From Hemiscyllium ocellatum (Eukaryota): DNA of 64,000 bases. The notes under the pieces are model-generated. The model searched no databases and was not told the DNA's origin. It saw only the letters and a program-made list of their open reading frames with translations. Of the stretch, positions 1 to 12,939 are shown piece after piece. The stretch lies in the NCBI RefSeq assembly GCF_020745735.1, contig NC_083435.1:43152498-43216497 (forward strand), written 5' to 3'. Each line of letters opens with the position of its first letter. Within the stretch, counting starts at the first letter, position 1. The translations under genes and the position numbers were made by a program.

Positions 1-564
1 GTTTGATGACTGTGTGAAGGCTCGGTTGCACACCTCACATTTAAAGGGTTTCTCTCCTCTGTGAATCCTCTGATGTCTCAGGAGATCGGAGGATTGGGTG
101 AATGACATTTGACAAACATCACACTTGAATGGTTTCTCCCCCGTGTGATTACTCTGATGTGACAGGAGCTTTGTAGACGTCGCAAAAGCTTTATCACACA
201 CCTCACACTTGAAGGGTTTATCCCCTGTGTGGATTGTCTGATGGACCAGGAGGTTCGATAACTGTTTGAAGGATCGATCACACACGTCACATGTGAATGG
301 TTTCTCCTCTGTATGAATGCGTTGATGGTCACGGAGGTTTGAAAAATGTGAGAACGATTTGTCACACACCTTGCACGTGAATGGTTTCTCCCCTGTGTGG
401 ATGCGTTGGTGTGCACGGAGGTTCGATGACTGTGAGAATGATTTGTTGCACGTTTCACACGTGAATGGTTTCTCCCCTGTGTGACTGCGTTGGTGCAGGC
501 AGAATTGGGATGAGCGTGAGAATGACTTGTTGCACATTTTACACTTGAAGGGTTTCTCCGCCAT
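1..564 (-). CDS. C2H2 zinc-finger array protein (ZNF-1), runs off the window edge
   Basis: Manual minus-strand translation from ATG 564: MAEKPFKCKMCNKSFSRSSQFCLHQRSHTGEKPFTCETCNKSFSQSSNLRAHQRIH...CEVCNRAFTQSSN. Six complete fingers plus a partial seventh, no stop before position 1. The track ORF 78..458 is an alternate frame. Confidence 0.85.
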   Translation of the reverse strand, partial: MAEKPFKCKMCNKSFSRSSQFCLHQRSHTGEKPFTCETCNKSFSQSSNLRAHQRIHTGEKPFTCKVCDKSFSHFSNLRDHQRIHTEEKPFTCDVCDRSFKQLSNLLVHQTIHTGDKPFKCEVCDKAFATSTKLLSHQSNHTGEKPFKCDVCQMSFTQSSDLLRHQRIHRGEKPFKCEVCNRAFTQSSN

Positions 565-988
565 GAAGCTACCTTTCTGCTAATGGTTATATGACAAATG
601 TACCTTGAGATCTGTGAGCCAATGAAGTCACACTTGAGCAGACATTTCCCTGGAGGAGTGAGTTAGTGGTTCATGAAGCTCGATGAATGATTGAAGCTCT
701 CAACACATTTGGAGCCACTCACACTTCTTCCCAGCCTCACCCTGACTGATCACCCACAGCCAAATCTTCACCATTGACCAGTTTTGGATCTGATGAGATG
801 TTAGAATTCCCCTGACTCAACTGATTTCCAGACGAAGGTTTAACTGCCCAACCTTCTCTGTGTTGAGCAATGATTGAAAGGACTGGATGTCTTCCCACAG
901 TTGTGCAGTTGTTCCTTGGGTGATGATCAGGATCTATCTTCAGTGTCTATCCTCTCTGTATTCTCTGGTGCAGTACAGTGTAATGCTT
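565..988 (-). other. 5' non-coding part of the ZNF terminal exon, with decayed finger remnants and a splice acceptor (AG at 990-989)
   Basis: Minus strand reads tttccttttcctgttttacAG|aagc. Homologous sequence at 17170-17534, 35747-36080 (+), 37940-38250 and 47800-47930. Confidence 0.65.
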
Positions 989-1779
989 CTGTAAAACAGG
1001 AAAAGGAAACATGATTTCCATGAACGCCCTCCCCTGAGAAGGGGAACAGAAGGGGGTTTGGTGGATGTGTGCCCGTCTCTGTGTCCAGGAACAGGCAGCA
1101 TGACTCCTTTCTTTTCCCTCCCCACCCCTTCAACTTCCCAGGCGCTGTGAGGGCAATGGAAAAGACAGTTGACAGGTGGAGGATAAAATAAGTTAACAAT
1201 CCACTATGAGGTTGTGTCATGCTGGTGAAGACCGCTTATACCCTTATGGTATCTGTTGAGTTTAAAAAAAAATTGAAGAAATCATCATTCAATGGAGATG
1301 CACCCTCGGGTTCCAAAATTACGTGATGAAACACACTGGGTACAAAGAGTTCGAAGTGAAGGAAAATGTTGCTTCAGTGGGCTGAATGAATAGTTCAGAT
1401 TTATCTTGGGAAATTATATATATTGCATTTGCTCAGACTGCACATCCCAAATTCAGCCATCATCCACACACCATGCAAAATTATCAAATCAAAGCCCAGG
1501 CTTTTGGGAAAGCTCGCAGCCTTCATGTAAAGTTGCAAAATTAGGCAAAAACATTATAATCAATGGGTGTCCAGGTATGGCAGTTGAAATGAAAGAGTGT
1601 TAAGTGGATTAGTTTCAGAGTGCTTTAGGACATATATTGGTCATGAAAGGCTCTATATAAATGCACAACCTTGCATTTATATAGAATGAGATAGTGTGGT
1701 CAGTTGTTATGGAGAGATTTGAAAAGGCAAATACATTCAGATGACAACAGAGAACTGACTATTCACAGTCCACAGAAAA

Positions 1780-2680
1780 ATAACCAGCTCCCAACACAAC
1801 ACAGAACTCAAAAAAAGAAAATCAGTAACAATCCTCACTCTGCACCTCCCAGGTTATGACACCTCACCCGCTTATATTCATGAATGGACCACCAACAAAA
1901 CTCAGCCTGGAAATCAGAGAGAAATGCTTCCAATAAACACATTCAATATCCAATACACAGCTCCAGTCACACAGTTCAGCACAAAGCACCGAGTAAACAG
2001 CTCTCTCAGCTGGATCTTCTCACACAGCATAAGGGACATTTCCACCCCTGATTACCCACAGGATAGTCAGACTGCCTGAAGATTGGTGTGGATATTATGG
2101 GATACAATTTGTATAAAAGCTGCCCCTTCACTCACCATCTCCTCACTTGGGTTTCAGTCCCTATAGGAAGTGAACCAGCTCTGGAAGAGGAAGAGGAGAC
2201 AATGAGCAGAGTGGGTGGGCTCTCTGATTGACGTCTCTCACAGTCAATCCAAATATTTCTGGAGAAACATGAGTTTCCTGAAACTTGGGAAACTGACCGG
2301 CGAAGTGTAGGTGACTTTGAGCAGCAGATCAGGTGGGGATTTAAACTTGTCACAGTCCCATCTGAATAAAACCTCACTTATTGCAGCTGCTGTCTCAGTT
2401 CGTCTGGAAAATGTTTGACAGAGATTTCTAATGTGAGAATAGATTAAAAATCACACAATACCGGGTTATAGTACACAGATTTACTTGGAAACACTAGTTT
2501 ACGGAACGCTGTTTCTTCATCAGGTCGTTGAAAAATAGCATTCTTCATCCTCTTAGGTTTTGAAACTGAACAGTGCGGGATGAGTATATTTGGATGTGTT
2601 TCACAGCAAATCAGAAGAGGAAATCCCACAGCATCCACGGCTGCATTGACGTGCAGTGGTGGGAATCAGCAAATACGCAG
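1780..2680 (-). repeat. ZNF leader module copy A, with candidate micro-exons 2136-2180 (45 nt) and 1868-1906 (39 nt)
   Basis: ctcttcctcttccAG|agctggttc...gaggagATG|GTgagt and ctctgatttccAG|gctgag...agcgg|GTgagg. The module recurs eight times in the window. Confidence 0.7.
2443..2533 (-). mobile_element. Penelope-like terminal-repeat fragment with degenerate hammerhead
   Basis: Matches the repeats at 32454 and 52840; flanked by AATAG direct repeat; absent from module copy B. Confidence 0.65.
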
Positions 2681-2984
2681 GAAGGATAGGCAGAGGTGGG
2701 AGGGACACTGGAGGGAGAGGGTCATAGGGAATAGGAGCAATTTAGACTCCTCTCTACCTCTCCTCCACCCTTTTATATCTTGCCTTCTTCTCTGACCTAA
2801 CTTGGTTCCTTTCTTTCTCTGAGCTCATCCTGTTTCCGCCCTTTGACCTTCATCCTCTTCTTGTCCTGCATTTAACAGATGTGAGGGATAGAAAGTTTTA
2901 GGCTCTTATCATAAATTTTAAAAATCAAAGTAGAAATTCTATAAAACATTGTTGAAAATAATAATGTCTTTATGACTATGCTAT

Positions 2985-3300
2985 CTTGTTTTATTCACTC
3001 ATGGTACATGGGCACTGCTGGCTGGGTCAGCATTTACTGCCCATCTTAGTTGCCCTTCAGAAGCTGTCGGTAAGCTGCTGCATGAACTGCTGCAGTCCAT
3101 GCGCTGTCGGTAGCTGCACAATGTTGTTCAGAAGGGAATTTTATGATTCTGACCCAGTGACAGTGAAAGGATATTTCCAAGTCTGGATGGGAAGTGGCTT
3201 GAAGGGGAACGTGCAAGTTGTGTTGTTCCCATGAATCTGCTACCCTCGTCCATCGAGATGGAAGTGGTTGTGGATTTATAAGGTACTGTCTCAGAATATT
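2985..3300 (-). mobile_element. LINE (CR1/L2-group) 3' end fragment
   Basis: Reverse complement ends in the same tail as the SINEs at 32672-33000 and 43750-44090. Confidence 0.5.
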
Positions 3301-3603
3301 CAAATGGTTAATTATTTCTCCTGTTCATGTAGCATAACTGAAATATACTAATATCTGTCAGCCTGTAGTTTGCTGAAAAGTAAATGTTGGGCATGTATGT
3401 TGCAGTCATGAATATGACTGACTCTTAGTGCATGAATACCCAAAATACCCAACTGTAATATGAAGAGTCACCTCAAACAGGTACAATCAGCAGGAACTCA
3501 CCACTTCCACTATTTCATCTGGGGCTGCGGTCACTTCTGACATTAGTACCAGCTTCCTGACTTATGTTTAATAAACCAGTATCAAAGATCACAAATGTTC
3601 AAC

Positions 3604-3707
3604 TTACACTCGATGTAACTTACACTTAAAATGCCAATTTCAATTACAGTCAATTTTACACTTGATGTAACTGACAACTAAAATGCCAATTTCGATTCCA
3701 GTTAATT
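3604..3707. repeat. Two-copy 52-bp tandem repeat
   Basis: ttacactYgatgtaact...aaaatgccaatttc repeated with period 52. Confidence 0.8.
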
Positions 3708-4022
3708 TTGCACAGATTAAAACAGACACAAGCTAATGCAAACTCTCAGCCAGAAGTTGTCTTCTTCCGGTTGTTATATATTTGACAAGGTTTTCTAAAG
3801 CAAATATTGAAAAAACTTATTTGTGACCAATGAAAGCAGCTTTATGAAAGAATGCTACGATTTCTTCTGATTGTAAACACTGACTGGATCATTTTGTCAA
3901 ACTTAACAGATATTTTAAACACCTTTCCTTAGTTTTTATAGTTTTTGTCTTAATAAGGTTAATCACAATAATTTGTGATCATTTTTTATTTGTGTTTGTC
4001 GTGAATTTTGCACTGAGGTAAA

Positions 4023-4025
4023 CAC

Positions 4026-4061
<36 letters not shown>
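4023..4061. repeat. (CA)n microsatellite
   Basis: Direct inspection. Confidence 0.95.
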
Positions 4062-4066
<5 letters not shown>

Positions 4067-4545
4067 AATAACAGTCAGAAAGATGTGTTTTTTTAATGCA
4101 GACATCAAGAAGATCCTTATTTTCCAACTGGGCCTGACAAGAGAGGACTAAGATTATTTATCTTTAAGGCCTTGGATAAAGAGTGCTGAAATTGTTTTTC
4201 CGAATCAAAGCTTGAACTCTGTTGAACGTGAAAGATCTGGACTGAGGTAACAGAAATCCACAGGATTGGCAGAAGCACAGGTGAATGCAACTCCCAGGCA
4301 ACAACACAGATGAGAGGGAATTGTATGTTATTGAATATATGTGTCACTATTGTCAGACATTCCAAAGGGGCTGGAGTGACATATACATCAGGAACTATAG
4401 AGGGTTAGAGTGATTGCCGGGGGATGTGGTCTGGTTAATCAATGAGATTATGAAAAGGTCTCGTTCAGCATTTTCTTCACCTGAGCACAGATCCTTCTCA
4501 GACGGGAGGGTGTGAGTTTATTTTTAGCAGCTCCACTGTATATAG

Positions 4546-7500
4546 TTGTAGAGTCATACAGCAGTGGAACAGGGTCCTTGGCCCACCATGTCTATTCCAA
4601 TCAATAAACACAAAAGTACACTAATCCCATTTACCTGGAATTACTCTATAGCCTACTGTGCCCTAGCATTTTAAGTGCTCATCCAGATGATTCTTAAATT
4701 TGCAAGAGTACTTGCTTCCACTATCCCCTCCGGCAAGCATCCTGTGTGCCTTTTCCACCATTCTGTTGACCTGTGTTGACATCTTCAGGGACTTCTACAC
4801 CAAGATTTCTTTATTCCTCAGTACTGCCAAAGGATGGGCCAATGGGCTGAGGAGTGGCAGATAGAGATTAATTTAGATAAATGTGAGGTGCTACATTTTG
4901 GAAAAGCAAATCAGATCAGGACTTACAAACTTAATGGTAAGGTCCTCGAGAGTGTTGCTGAACAAAGAGACCTTGGGGTGTAGGTTCATAGCTCCTTGAA
5001 AGTGGAGTTGCAGGGAGATAGGATAGTGAAGAAGGCATTTGGTATGCTTTCCTTTATTGGGCAGAGTGTTTTGAGAATGGAGTTGGGAAGTCATGCTGCG
5101 CCTCTACAGGACATTGGTTAGGCCATTTTTGGTCTCCCTCCTATCGGAAGGATGTTGTGAGATTTGAAAGCGTTCAGATAAGATTCACTGTACAAGGAAT
5201 TTGCTACGGGTTGCAGGATTTTAGCTATTGTGAGAGGCTGAATAGGCTGGGGCTGTTTTCCCTAGAATGTTGGAGGCTGAGGGGCATGGATAGGGTAACT
5301 AGACAAAGTCTTTTCCTTGGGGTGGGGGAGTGCAGAATTAGCTGGCATAGGTTTAGGGTGAGAGGGAAAGATATAAAAGGGACCCAAGGGACAACCTTTT
5401 CATGCAGAAGGTGGTCCGTGTATGGAGTGAACTACCAGACGACGTAGTAGGGGCTGGTACAATAACAACATTTAAAAGGCATCTGGATGGGTATATGAAT
5501 AGGAAGGGTTTAGATGGATATGGGCCAAGTGCTGGCAAATGGGACTAGATTAGGTTAGGATACCCGGTCGGCATGGACAAATTGGGCCGAAGGGTCTGTT
5601 TCCGTACTATGACTCTATGACCTACCTTATGTGATGTGTATCCTTCCCTTATTTGACCTTCCAAAATGTATCACCCCACACTTGCCGGGATGAAATTCTA
5701 TCTGCCATAGTTCTGCTCAATTTACCAGCTCATCAGTATCAGCATGTAGCCTGAGACCATCCTCTTCACAGTCAACAACATCATCATGTCATCTGCAAAC
5801 TCACTAATTATACCTTCTAATCACACATCAAAGGCATTGATGTACATAACAAACAGTAAGGGTCCATCACTGAATCCTGTGGTACACCACTAACAGATGG
5901 TAACAGGCTTCGAACTCCAAAAGCAACCCACCAGCATCACCCTTTGCCTCCAATTTGTAAGCCAATTTTGGATCCAGTTTTTCAACTTGTCTTGGTTCCC
6001 ATGGGCTTTTACCTTTTGGGATGTGGGATGTCTTCTATGTGGGATTTTGTTAGAGACCTGACTGAAGTCCATGTAAACTACATTAACTACACCACCCTCA
6101 TCAATATATTTAATCACCTTTTCAAAAGACTCAATTAACTGAGTCTGGCAGGATCTCCCTTGAACAAATCCCTGCTGGCTATCGCTGATCACTCTCTGCC
6201 TTTCCAAGCATTGGTTAATGTTGTCCTTTAGAATTTTTTCCGATAATTTCCCTTCCACTGGTCTGTAGTTACCTGGCATTTCCCTGCTGCCCTTCTTGAA
6301 CAAAATTGCCACGTTAAATATCCTCCAGTCACCACCTCTGGCCAACAAAGTATTAAATATCTCCACTAAAGAACCAGGTTCTCCTCCCTTGACTTCCATT
6401 GCAGCCGAGGAGATATCTCATCAGCCCCTGGGGATTTATGCTCACTAAAATATCCCAATCCTCTTCCTTATTAATCTTAACATGTTCCAGAACGACCTCA
6501 CTATCTCAATTGAAATCTCAGCTACAATCTACAGAGGAGAAGAATTAATTTAAACATCACCCAAATCCCCTGGCTCCACGTGATCTCCAATAGTTTCCAC
6601 TCTTTCACTGGTCATCCTCTTACTCTTAATATACTTCCAAAGAGCCTTGGGGCAGTTCTTGATCTCATCTGCCAAAGGTATTTCGTGGCCCTTCTTTGCT
6701 TTCCTAATTTCTTTTCTCAGAAGCTCTTACATTCTCTGTACTTTTGAAGGGCCTCTCCTGTTTTTAATGTGCTGTACCTGATGTATGCTTCCTTCGTTTT
6801 CTTTATCAAACTCTTGAAATCCCTTGACATCCGGGGTTATTATTGCTCTTGCCCTCAAGAGAAACACACTGATTCTATTTTTCACAGGCTCCCACTTTCC
6901 AAATGTAGACTTACCTGCAAGTGGCTAGTGCCAGTCTATGTTTGCTAAATACCGTCTAAGGCGATTGAAATCAACCTATCCCCCAATTTAGACAGTTAAC
7001 TTCTGCACTATCTTTATCCCTTTTCCTAACGGATGTGAAACTTACAGAAATGATTGCAAATTGAAACTTCAACTTGACTTCAATTAGGTTGAGCACCGTC
7101 TCATCTCTAGCAGGACTACTTGCACAAAAATATCTCCTGGATGCACTTCAAAAATTCCACCCACCTATTCATTTCACAATAAGGTGATCCCATTTAATGT
7201 TAGCAGAGTTTACGTCCCCTTCAACTGTAACCCTGTTCCTCTCACACCTTTCTGTTATTTGCCTAAGTTTCTGCTCCTCAATCCCCCCCGACTGTTATGA
7301 TTCCTCTCGTATAATCACAATAAGGTAATCATAGTCTTTTATTTCAAAGCTCTATCCATATGACAACATTTGAAAACCCATCTGGGATGTCCTCCCTCAT
7401 TACTGCGGTGATGGCTTCCTTTACCAATAATGCAATACCCCTATCTTTCTTACTTCCTACTGTTACATGGAAACATCTATACCTTGGAATGTTGAACTGC

Positions 7501-7935
7501 AAATCTTATCCTTCTTTCAACCACATCTCAATGATTGCAACAATGTCATATTCCCATTGCTGATCAATGCTCCAAGTTCATCTGCCTGACCAGTCAACTC
7601 GTTGCATTAAAATTGATACAATTTTGCTTTGTAGACTTCCCACTTGCCTTATCCAGCCCACGTCATGTCTGCCTACTGCACTGTCCTTGGTTCCTTGAAC
7701 CTAACTTTACATCTATTCTATTCCCCCTCCCCCCGTCAGACCAGTTTAAAACCTCCCAAATAGCAAACCTCCCATCAAAGACATCGGATCCATTCTGCTT
7801 CAGGTGCGACTTGTCCAGCTTGTACAGGTACCACCTATCCTATAAGCTGCCTTAATAATCTAATAATCTAATGTCCTTCCTTCTACATCATCCATTTTAG
7901 TCACACGCTTGTTTGATCTAATTCTATACTCAGTG
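4546..7935 (-). mobile_element. Degenerate CR1 LINE (endonuclease and RT to 3' end), split by a nested CR1
   Basis: ORF 5890-6399: LFKKGSREMPGNYRPV, QQGFVQGRSCQTQL, VVYMDFSQV, which are CR1 ORF2 motifs. Confidence 0.8.
4832..5601 (+). mobile_element. CR1 LINE 3' end nested in the older CR1
   Basis: KCEVLHFGKAN, RLNRLGLFSLE; terminal (tatgactc)n tail. Confidence 0.85.
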
Positions 7936-7964
7936 GAGCTTGGCAATAGAAGTAATCTGGAGAC

Positions 7965-8600
7965 CCATCGTCTCAGCCTGCTCCTGCTCCACTGAATTCA
8001 TCTCCGTCTACCTCGAAACTGTCCTATTCCCCCCTGGTCCAGGAACTCCCCACATATGCTCTGAAGCGCTTCAAAGAATATCTCCGGGACACCCACACCA
8101 ATTAATCCCACGGCACCGCGGCCGAATACTTTAAGTCTCCTTCCCGCTCTGCTGAGGACATGCAGGTCCTGGGCCTCCTCCATTACCACTCCTTTACCAC
8201 CTGACAGCTGGAGGAAGAACATCTCATCTTCCACCTCAGGACCCTCCAATCCCATGGCATCAACCTGGACTTCACCAGCTTCCTCATTTCCCCTTGCATC
8301 ACCTAATCCCAGTTCCAACCTTCCAGCTCAGACCATCCTCATGACCCTTCCCATCTGTTCATCCTCCTTCCCACCTATCCCAGTTCCACCCTCCCCTCTT
8401 ACCAATCACCTTTACCCCCACCTCCATCCACCTATTGCATTCTCAGCTACCTTACTCCCAACCCCACCCCCTCTCCCATTTATCTCTCCACGCTTGAGGC
8501 CCTCAGCCTCATTCCTGATGAAGGGCTTTTGCCTGAAACGTTGATTTTCCTGCTCCTCGGATGCTGCCTGACCTGCTATGCTTTTCCAGCACCACACTCT
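7965..8600 (+). mobile_element. Penelope-like element 3' fragment (GIY-YIG C-terminus plus terminal repeat)
   Basis: ...EDMQVLGLLH...QLEEEHLIFHLRTLQSHGINLDFTSF, followed by a hammerhead-bearing repeat. Confidence 0.75.
8511..8546 (+). ncRNA. Minimal type I hammerhead ribozyme motif
   Basis: attc CTGATGA a GGG cttttg CCT GAAA CG TT gat: core, stem II and palindromic ACGT helix III. Confidence 0.65.
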
Positions 8601-8604
8601 TGTT

Positions 8605-9975
8605 TCAAAACTTGCCACACCCCTAGCCAAGCTGTTCCACTACAGCTGCAACATTAACCTGCCAGTGTAAAAAATCGTTCAGGTATGACAGGAATTCAAA
8701 AGCAGGGTAAACCCAACCCAGTCAATACTGCAGTGTCAATCTACTCTTGATCATGAGTAAAGTGTTGGAAGGGATCATCAACATTGTGATCAAGCAGCAC
8801 CTGTTGGGTTTTACCATGTCTACTGAGCTCTTGACCTAATTAGAGACTTGGTTCAAACATGGATTAAAGAGCTGAATTCCAGAAGTGAGGTGACAAAATA
8901 CACAGATACCTTGATAGAGTGGAATTGGAGATGTTGCTGCAAGTAAGAGAGACTAGGATCAGATGACAAAGCCTCAGAGTGAAGGGACAACACTTTAGAA
9001 CTGAGAAGGGGAGGAATTTCTTCAGCCACAGGGTGGCAAATCTGTGGGACTCATTGCCAAGTCATTTAGTGTCCTTAAGACAGAGTTAGCTAAGTTCTTG
9101 ATTCGTAAGGGGATTAAGAATGATGAGGATAGGGAAGGAAAATGGGGCTGAGAAACAATTCAGTGATGGTCAGATGGTGGCGCAGACTCAATGGACCAAA
9201 TGACTTAATTCTTCTTCTATATCTTATAGTCTAATGGAGAGTGATAGCGCTTGACATCAAGGCTGCATTTCGTTGAAAGTGACATCAAGGAATACTAGCA
9301 AAACTGAAATCAATGGGAATCGGGGAAAACGCTGCACTGGTTGGAGTTATACCAAGCACAAAGGAAGATGGTTGTGGTTGTTTGACATCAGTCATCTCAG
9401 CACCAGGTCATATCTGAAGGGGTTCCCTAGGGTGGTGTCCTCGACCCAACCATCTTCAGCTGCTTCATCAATGACATTCCCTCCATCATAAGGTCAGAAA
9501 TCGTTCACCAATAATTGCATAACATTCAGCACCATTTGTGACTCCTCAGTTACTGAACCAGTGCAAATCCAAATGAAAGAACACCTTGACAGTATCCAGG
9601 TTTCAGCTGAAAAATGGCAAGTAATAGTCATGCCATGTAACTGCCAGGTAATGACAATTTCCAATAATATACAACCTACCCAAAAAGCTTTGACATTCAA
9701 TGATGTTACCATCAGTGAATTCCTCCATTATCAACAAACTGGGATTATCCTTGATCAGAAATTCAACTTGACTTGCCATACAAACACAGTGCCTGCAAGA
9801 GCAGGTCAGAGGCAAGGAACACTTCCCCAAAGCCTATTCATCATCTACAGGGCTTAAGTCAGGAGTGAAATGCAATGTTCCCCATTTGCCTGGGTGTGTT
9901 CAGCTCCAACAACAATAAAAAAGCTTGATAGCATTCAGGACAAAGCAGCCAGCTTTACTGGCAACACATCCATAA
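8605..9975 (+). mobile_element. CR1/L2-group LINE RT fragment, with a nested CR1 3' end at about 8895-9235
   Basis: ALDIKAAF, GVP*GGVLDPTIFSCFINDIPSIIRSE, HLDSIQVSAEKWQV. Confidence 0.7.
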
Positions 9976-10287
9976 TTTAATGACTTTGTTGTTGGTGGGG
10001 TCCAGTGCCAGCATCAACACTGTCAGTAGCATAATGGCAACACGGCCACATCCACTTGTTGGGCCACAGCGAGAGTCGAGACTCCAATGTTAGAGCTGGC
10101 TCTGAACCCGAGTGTAGATAGACTTCTCTTTATGCTCGATCTTTTCATTTTTGTCTTAAACTACCAAAATGGTGTGATGAAAGCTTTTCACTGTATTCTG
10201 TTGTATTTCACACAGCATAAAATATGTGACAATAAATCATTCAAATCAAATTTTATATAATGGAATACAATTTGTATAAAACTGCTT

Positions 10288-10407
10288 GCCTATGGCCATA
10301 CTCATCTGAAAATGTCCAATCTTGACTGAGCTTGGAAGCTCAGAAAACTCAAGACCTGGTTAGTACTTGGATGGCAGACTGCTGGGAATACCAAGTACAG
10401 AAGGCTT
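10288..10407 (+). pseudogene. 5S rRNA-derived sequence (SINE head or pseudogene)
   Basis: gcctatggccatac...ggaagctcag...cctggttagtacttggatggcagactgctgggaatacc...aggctt. Full 5S length with many substitutions. Confidence 0.9.
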
Positions 10408-10528
10408 AAGGGCTCTTGGGTCATAGTTTCTGCCTCCGAGCCAGGAGATTCTGGTTCAAGTCCCACTCGCTCCAGAGGTGTCTAGTTATATCCCTGAACA
10501 AGTTGAATAGAAAAGTAGGTTTAAAAAA
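10288..10528 (+). mobile_element. Chimeric 5S+tRNA-headed SINE-like insertion
   Basis: 5S is followed directly by a tRNA-like segment with B-box GGTTCAAGTCC and an A-rich end; the whole block is absent from module A. Confidence 0.6.
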
Positions 10529-11679
10529 CAGCTGCTGTTTCCTTGGCTTTTCAGTCCCTGTAGGAAATGAACTAGCTATGAGGAGGAGAGAATGTCTGAT
10601 TGAGGTGTCTCACAGCCAATCCAAACATTTTTGGTGCAACATGAGTTTCCCGAAGCTTGGGAAACTGATTAGTGAAATTGAAATGACTTTGAGCGGCAGA
10701 TCAGGTGGGGATTTAAACTTGTCATTGTCCTGTCTGTATATCTCACTTATTGCAGCTGCAGTTCCCCTAGTAAATGTTTGACAGAGATTTCTAGTGTGGG
10801 AATAGCATTATTCATGATCAGAGGCTTTCGAACTAACATCACTGTGAGATGTGTGTCCTTGGATGTGTTTGACAGCAGAAGAGGAAAACCCACAGCTTCT
10901 AAGGGAGCAATGACAATCAGGAGTGGGATCAACATATGCACAGGACAGCAGCACACAGGATTGAGGTTTACAGGAATTGGAGGCATATGAGAGATGAAAT
11001 TGACATTTCATCACTGATGTGGGGAGTGAGAGGGTCTCATTGTGTAGGTTCGTGACTAATTAGCCAATATTTTACAGGTTTGCCCTGCCCCGGGAGCATT
11101 GCCTGTGGGGGTGCATGAAATGGTGACATCTGCAACAGAAGTCATGGGCAGAGCCTTTCTCCAATCGACTGAGCATCAGCTCCATCACCTTCCAGAATAC
11201 GGGTGTGGTGTCTGAGTTCCTCACAATGAAAACATTGTGGGATGATCCACTGTGAGTGGGTTCACATGGAGTATTCTCAGATGGCCATTACACACGACTT
11301 GAATAAGGGGAATTGCTTTCTGTTCAGGGATATCTGTTGATCCCATTGGGTGACCTTCAAAATCATGAGTGTGAGTAGTCAACTCCAGCACTTGGCGAAG
11401 CAGCTATTCCATAAAACCCCACTGAGCGCTGCTAATGCTTAGTGTTGTATTCCATTTAACGAAGTCATTTGTGGTGAGAGTAATTTACTCTGCCCCCTCC
11501 TCCAGATTTATAAAGACAGAAAGAATATTAACCATTTTAAAATCAATCTTCAATGTAACAGCAAACCCAAAACTCATTGCAATATTGACATTATCATGTT
11601 CTTCTGACTATATACACAACTATTTTAACTGTTTCTCTTGTTGTTATGACAGAATTGAAATGCTGAACACTTGAACGGG

Positions 11680-12230
11680 TACAGACTATTCAGCTTTCTG
11701 CCTGATCTGTCATTCAATGAATAATGACTGATCTGTAGCTGAATTCTACATACCTTTGCCCATTTCCCTTCATATCTTTGTTTAACAAAACAACCAGGCT
11801 CAGATTTAAAATTAACAGCTCATTGATCATCTGCTGCTATTTATAGAAGGTAGCTCCCAACCCCTACTCCCCTTTTGTTGGAGAAGTGCTCGATGACATC
11901 TCTCCAACATTTAATCCAAATTCTCAGACTATGCCTCTCAGTTCTAGAATTTCTAATCAATGGAAATAATTTATCTTTGTCTACCCAGTATTTTGCTGTG
12001 AATGTCTTGAAGATTTCGATCAGACCATCCCTCAACCTTCTAAATTCTTCAGAAATGGGCCAAATTTGTATAATTTCTCTCCATGTCTAAATCCCTGGAG
12101 TCCAGGTATCATTCTTGTAAACCAATATCGTATTCCTTCCAAGGCCAATATACCCTTCCTAAAATATGATGCTGAGATCTACATACAATACTCCTCATGG
12201 TGTCTACCATAGTTTTGTATAGCTGTAGCA
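11680..12230 (-). mobile_element. Old CR1 3' fragment
   Basis: ORF 11841-12035 RDGLIEIFK...LFPLIRNSRTERHSLRI. Confidence 0.7.
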
Positions 12231-12309
12231 TAACAACATGAATGAACTATAATGTGTTGGCCTATAATTTTCTGAGATAATTGGTTAGTCATCACAAAAG
12301 TTTAATCCG

Positions 12310-12432
12310 TTCTGAGGAATGGTCACTGGACCCAAAACACTAACTCTGATTTCATTCCACGGATGCTGCCAGACCTGGTGAACTTTTCCAGAAATTTCTA
12401 TTTTCGTTTCTGATTTCCAGCATCCGCAGTTC
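12310..12432 (+). mobile_element. Penelope-type terminal repeat with decayed hammerhead
   Basis: ctgaggaatggtcactggacccaaaac...gatgctgccagacctg...ttccagcatccgcagtt, similar to 8511-8600. Confidence 0.5.
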
Positions 12433-12939
12433 AAAGCCCCAACTTTCCTGCCTGGTGATCCCATTAACAGAAAACACTAACTAGGTTTTGTATTTAATAA
12501 GAAATGACAATTTATTGCAAATAATTAGTTCAAACCTTAGACAAACAAAATATGATCTTATAATTTTCTAAATTAACGGTACCTCTTCTTAACTCCGACA
12601 CACATATTGACAGACATAGTCAATCAAAATAACATTGATCTTATGTATGGAGAATTTTATTAGAATACAGTTCAGCTGAATACCAGTCCACTGTATTAAC
12701 TGAGGTGTCCTTTCTTCTTCCAAATCCTTCTAATTGTCAAACCTTTTCTTTCCAAGATATTCATTGCAGACAGAGAGCAGTTGGCACACTAACTATTCAC
12801 TGTCTCAGTCACTGGTTACAGGCAGAAACTGATAAACAAATGATAAGTGAGAATAGTTAGTACCTTTCAGTTCTTTGTAACCAGGTTGGTGGCACTACAA
12901 CTGACTCTGGCGCAGAACAGAAAAGGATAAAGACAAACA

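Larger units (their letters stand above)
10250..10930 (-). repeat. ZNF leader module copy B (micro-exon donor disrupted by SINE)
   Basis: Aligns by eye to 2095-2660. Confidence 0.7.

Noticed and set aside
78-458. 126-aa ORF and similar RNHS-rich ORFs (15448-16155, 16435-16911, 46320-46556)
   Set aside because: Alternate reading frames of finger arrays.
2112-2150. TATAAAAG as an antisense promoter in the module
   Set aside because: Initiator spacing is off, the motif is altered in copies C and H, and there is no other support.
2132-2377. KRAB-like or other coding domain in the leader module
   Set aside because: No KRAB motif; reading frames are not preserved among copies (38/39 and 45/46 nt exons, early stop in copy H).
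10288-10407. Functional 5S rRNA gene
   Set aside because: Many substitutions, no T-run terminator, not in a tandem array, and an insertion relative to module A.
12450-12935. Solo LTR-like segment (also 51620-52270)
   Set aside because: Only patchy resemblance to the gypsy LTR; no termini or TSD could be fixed.
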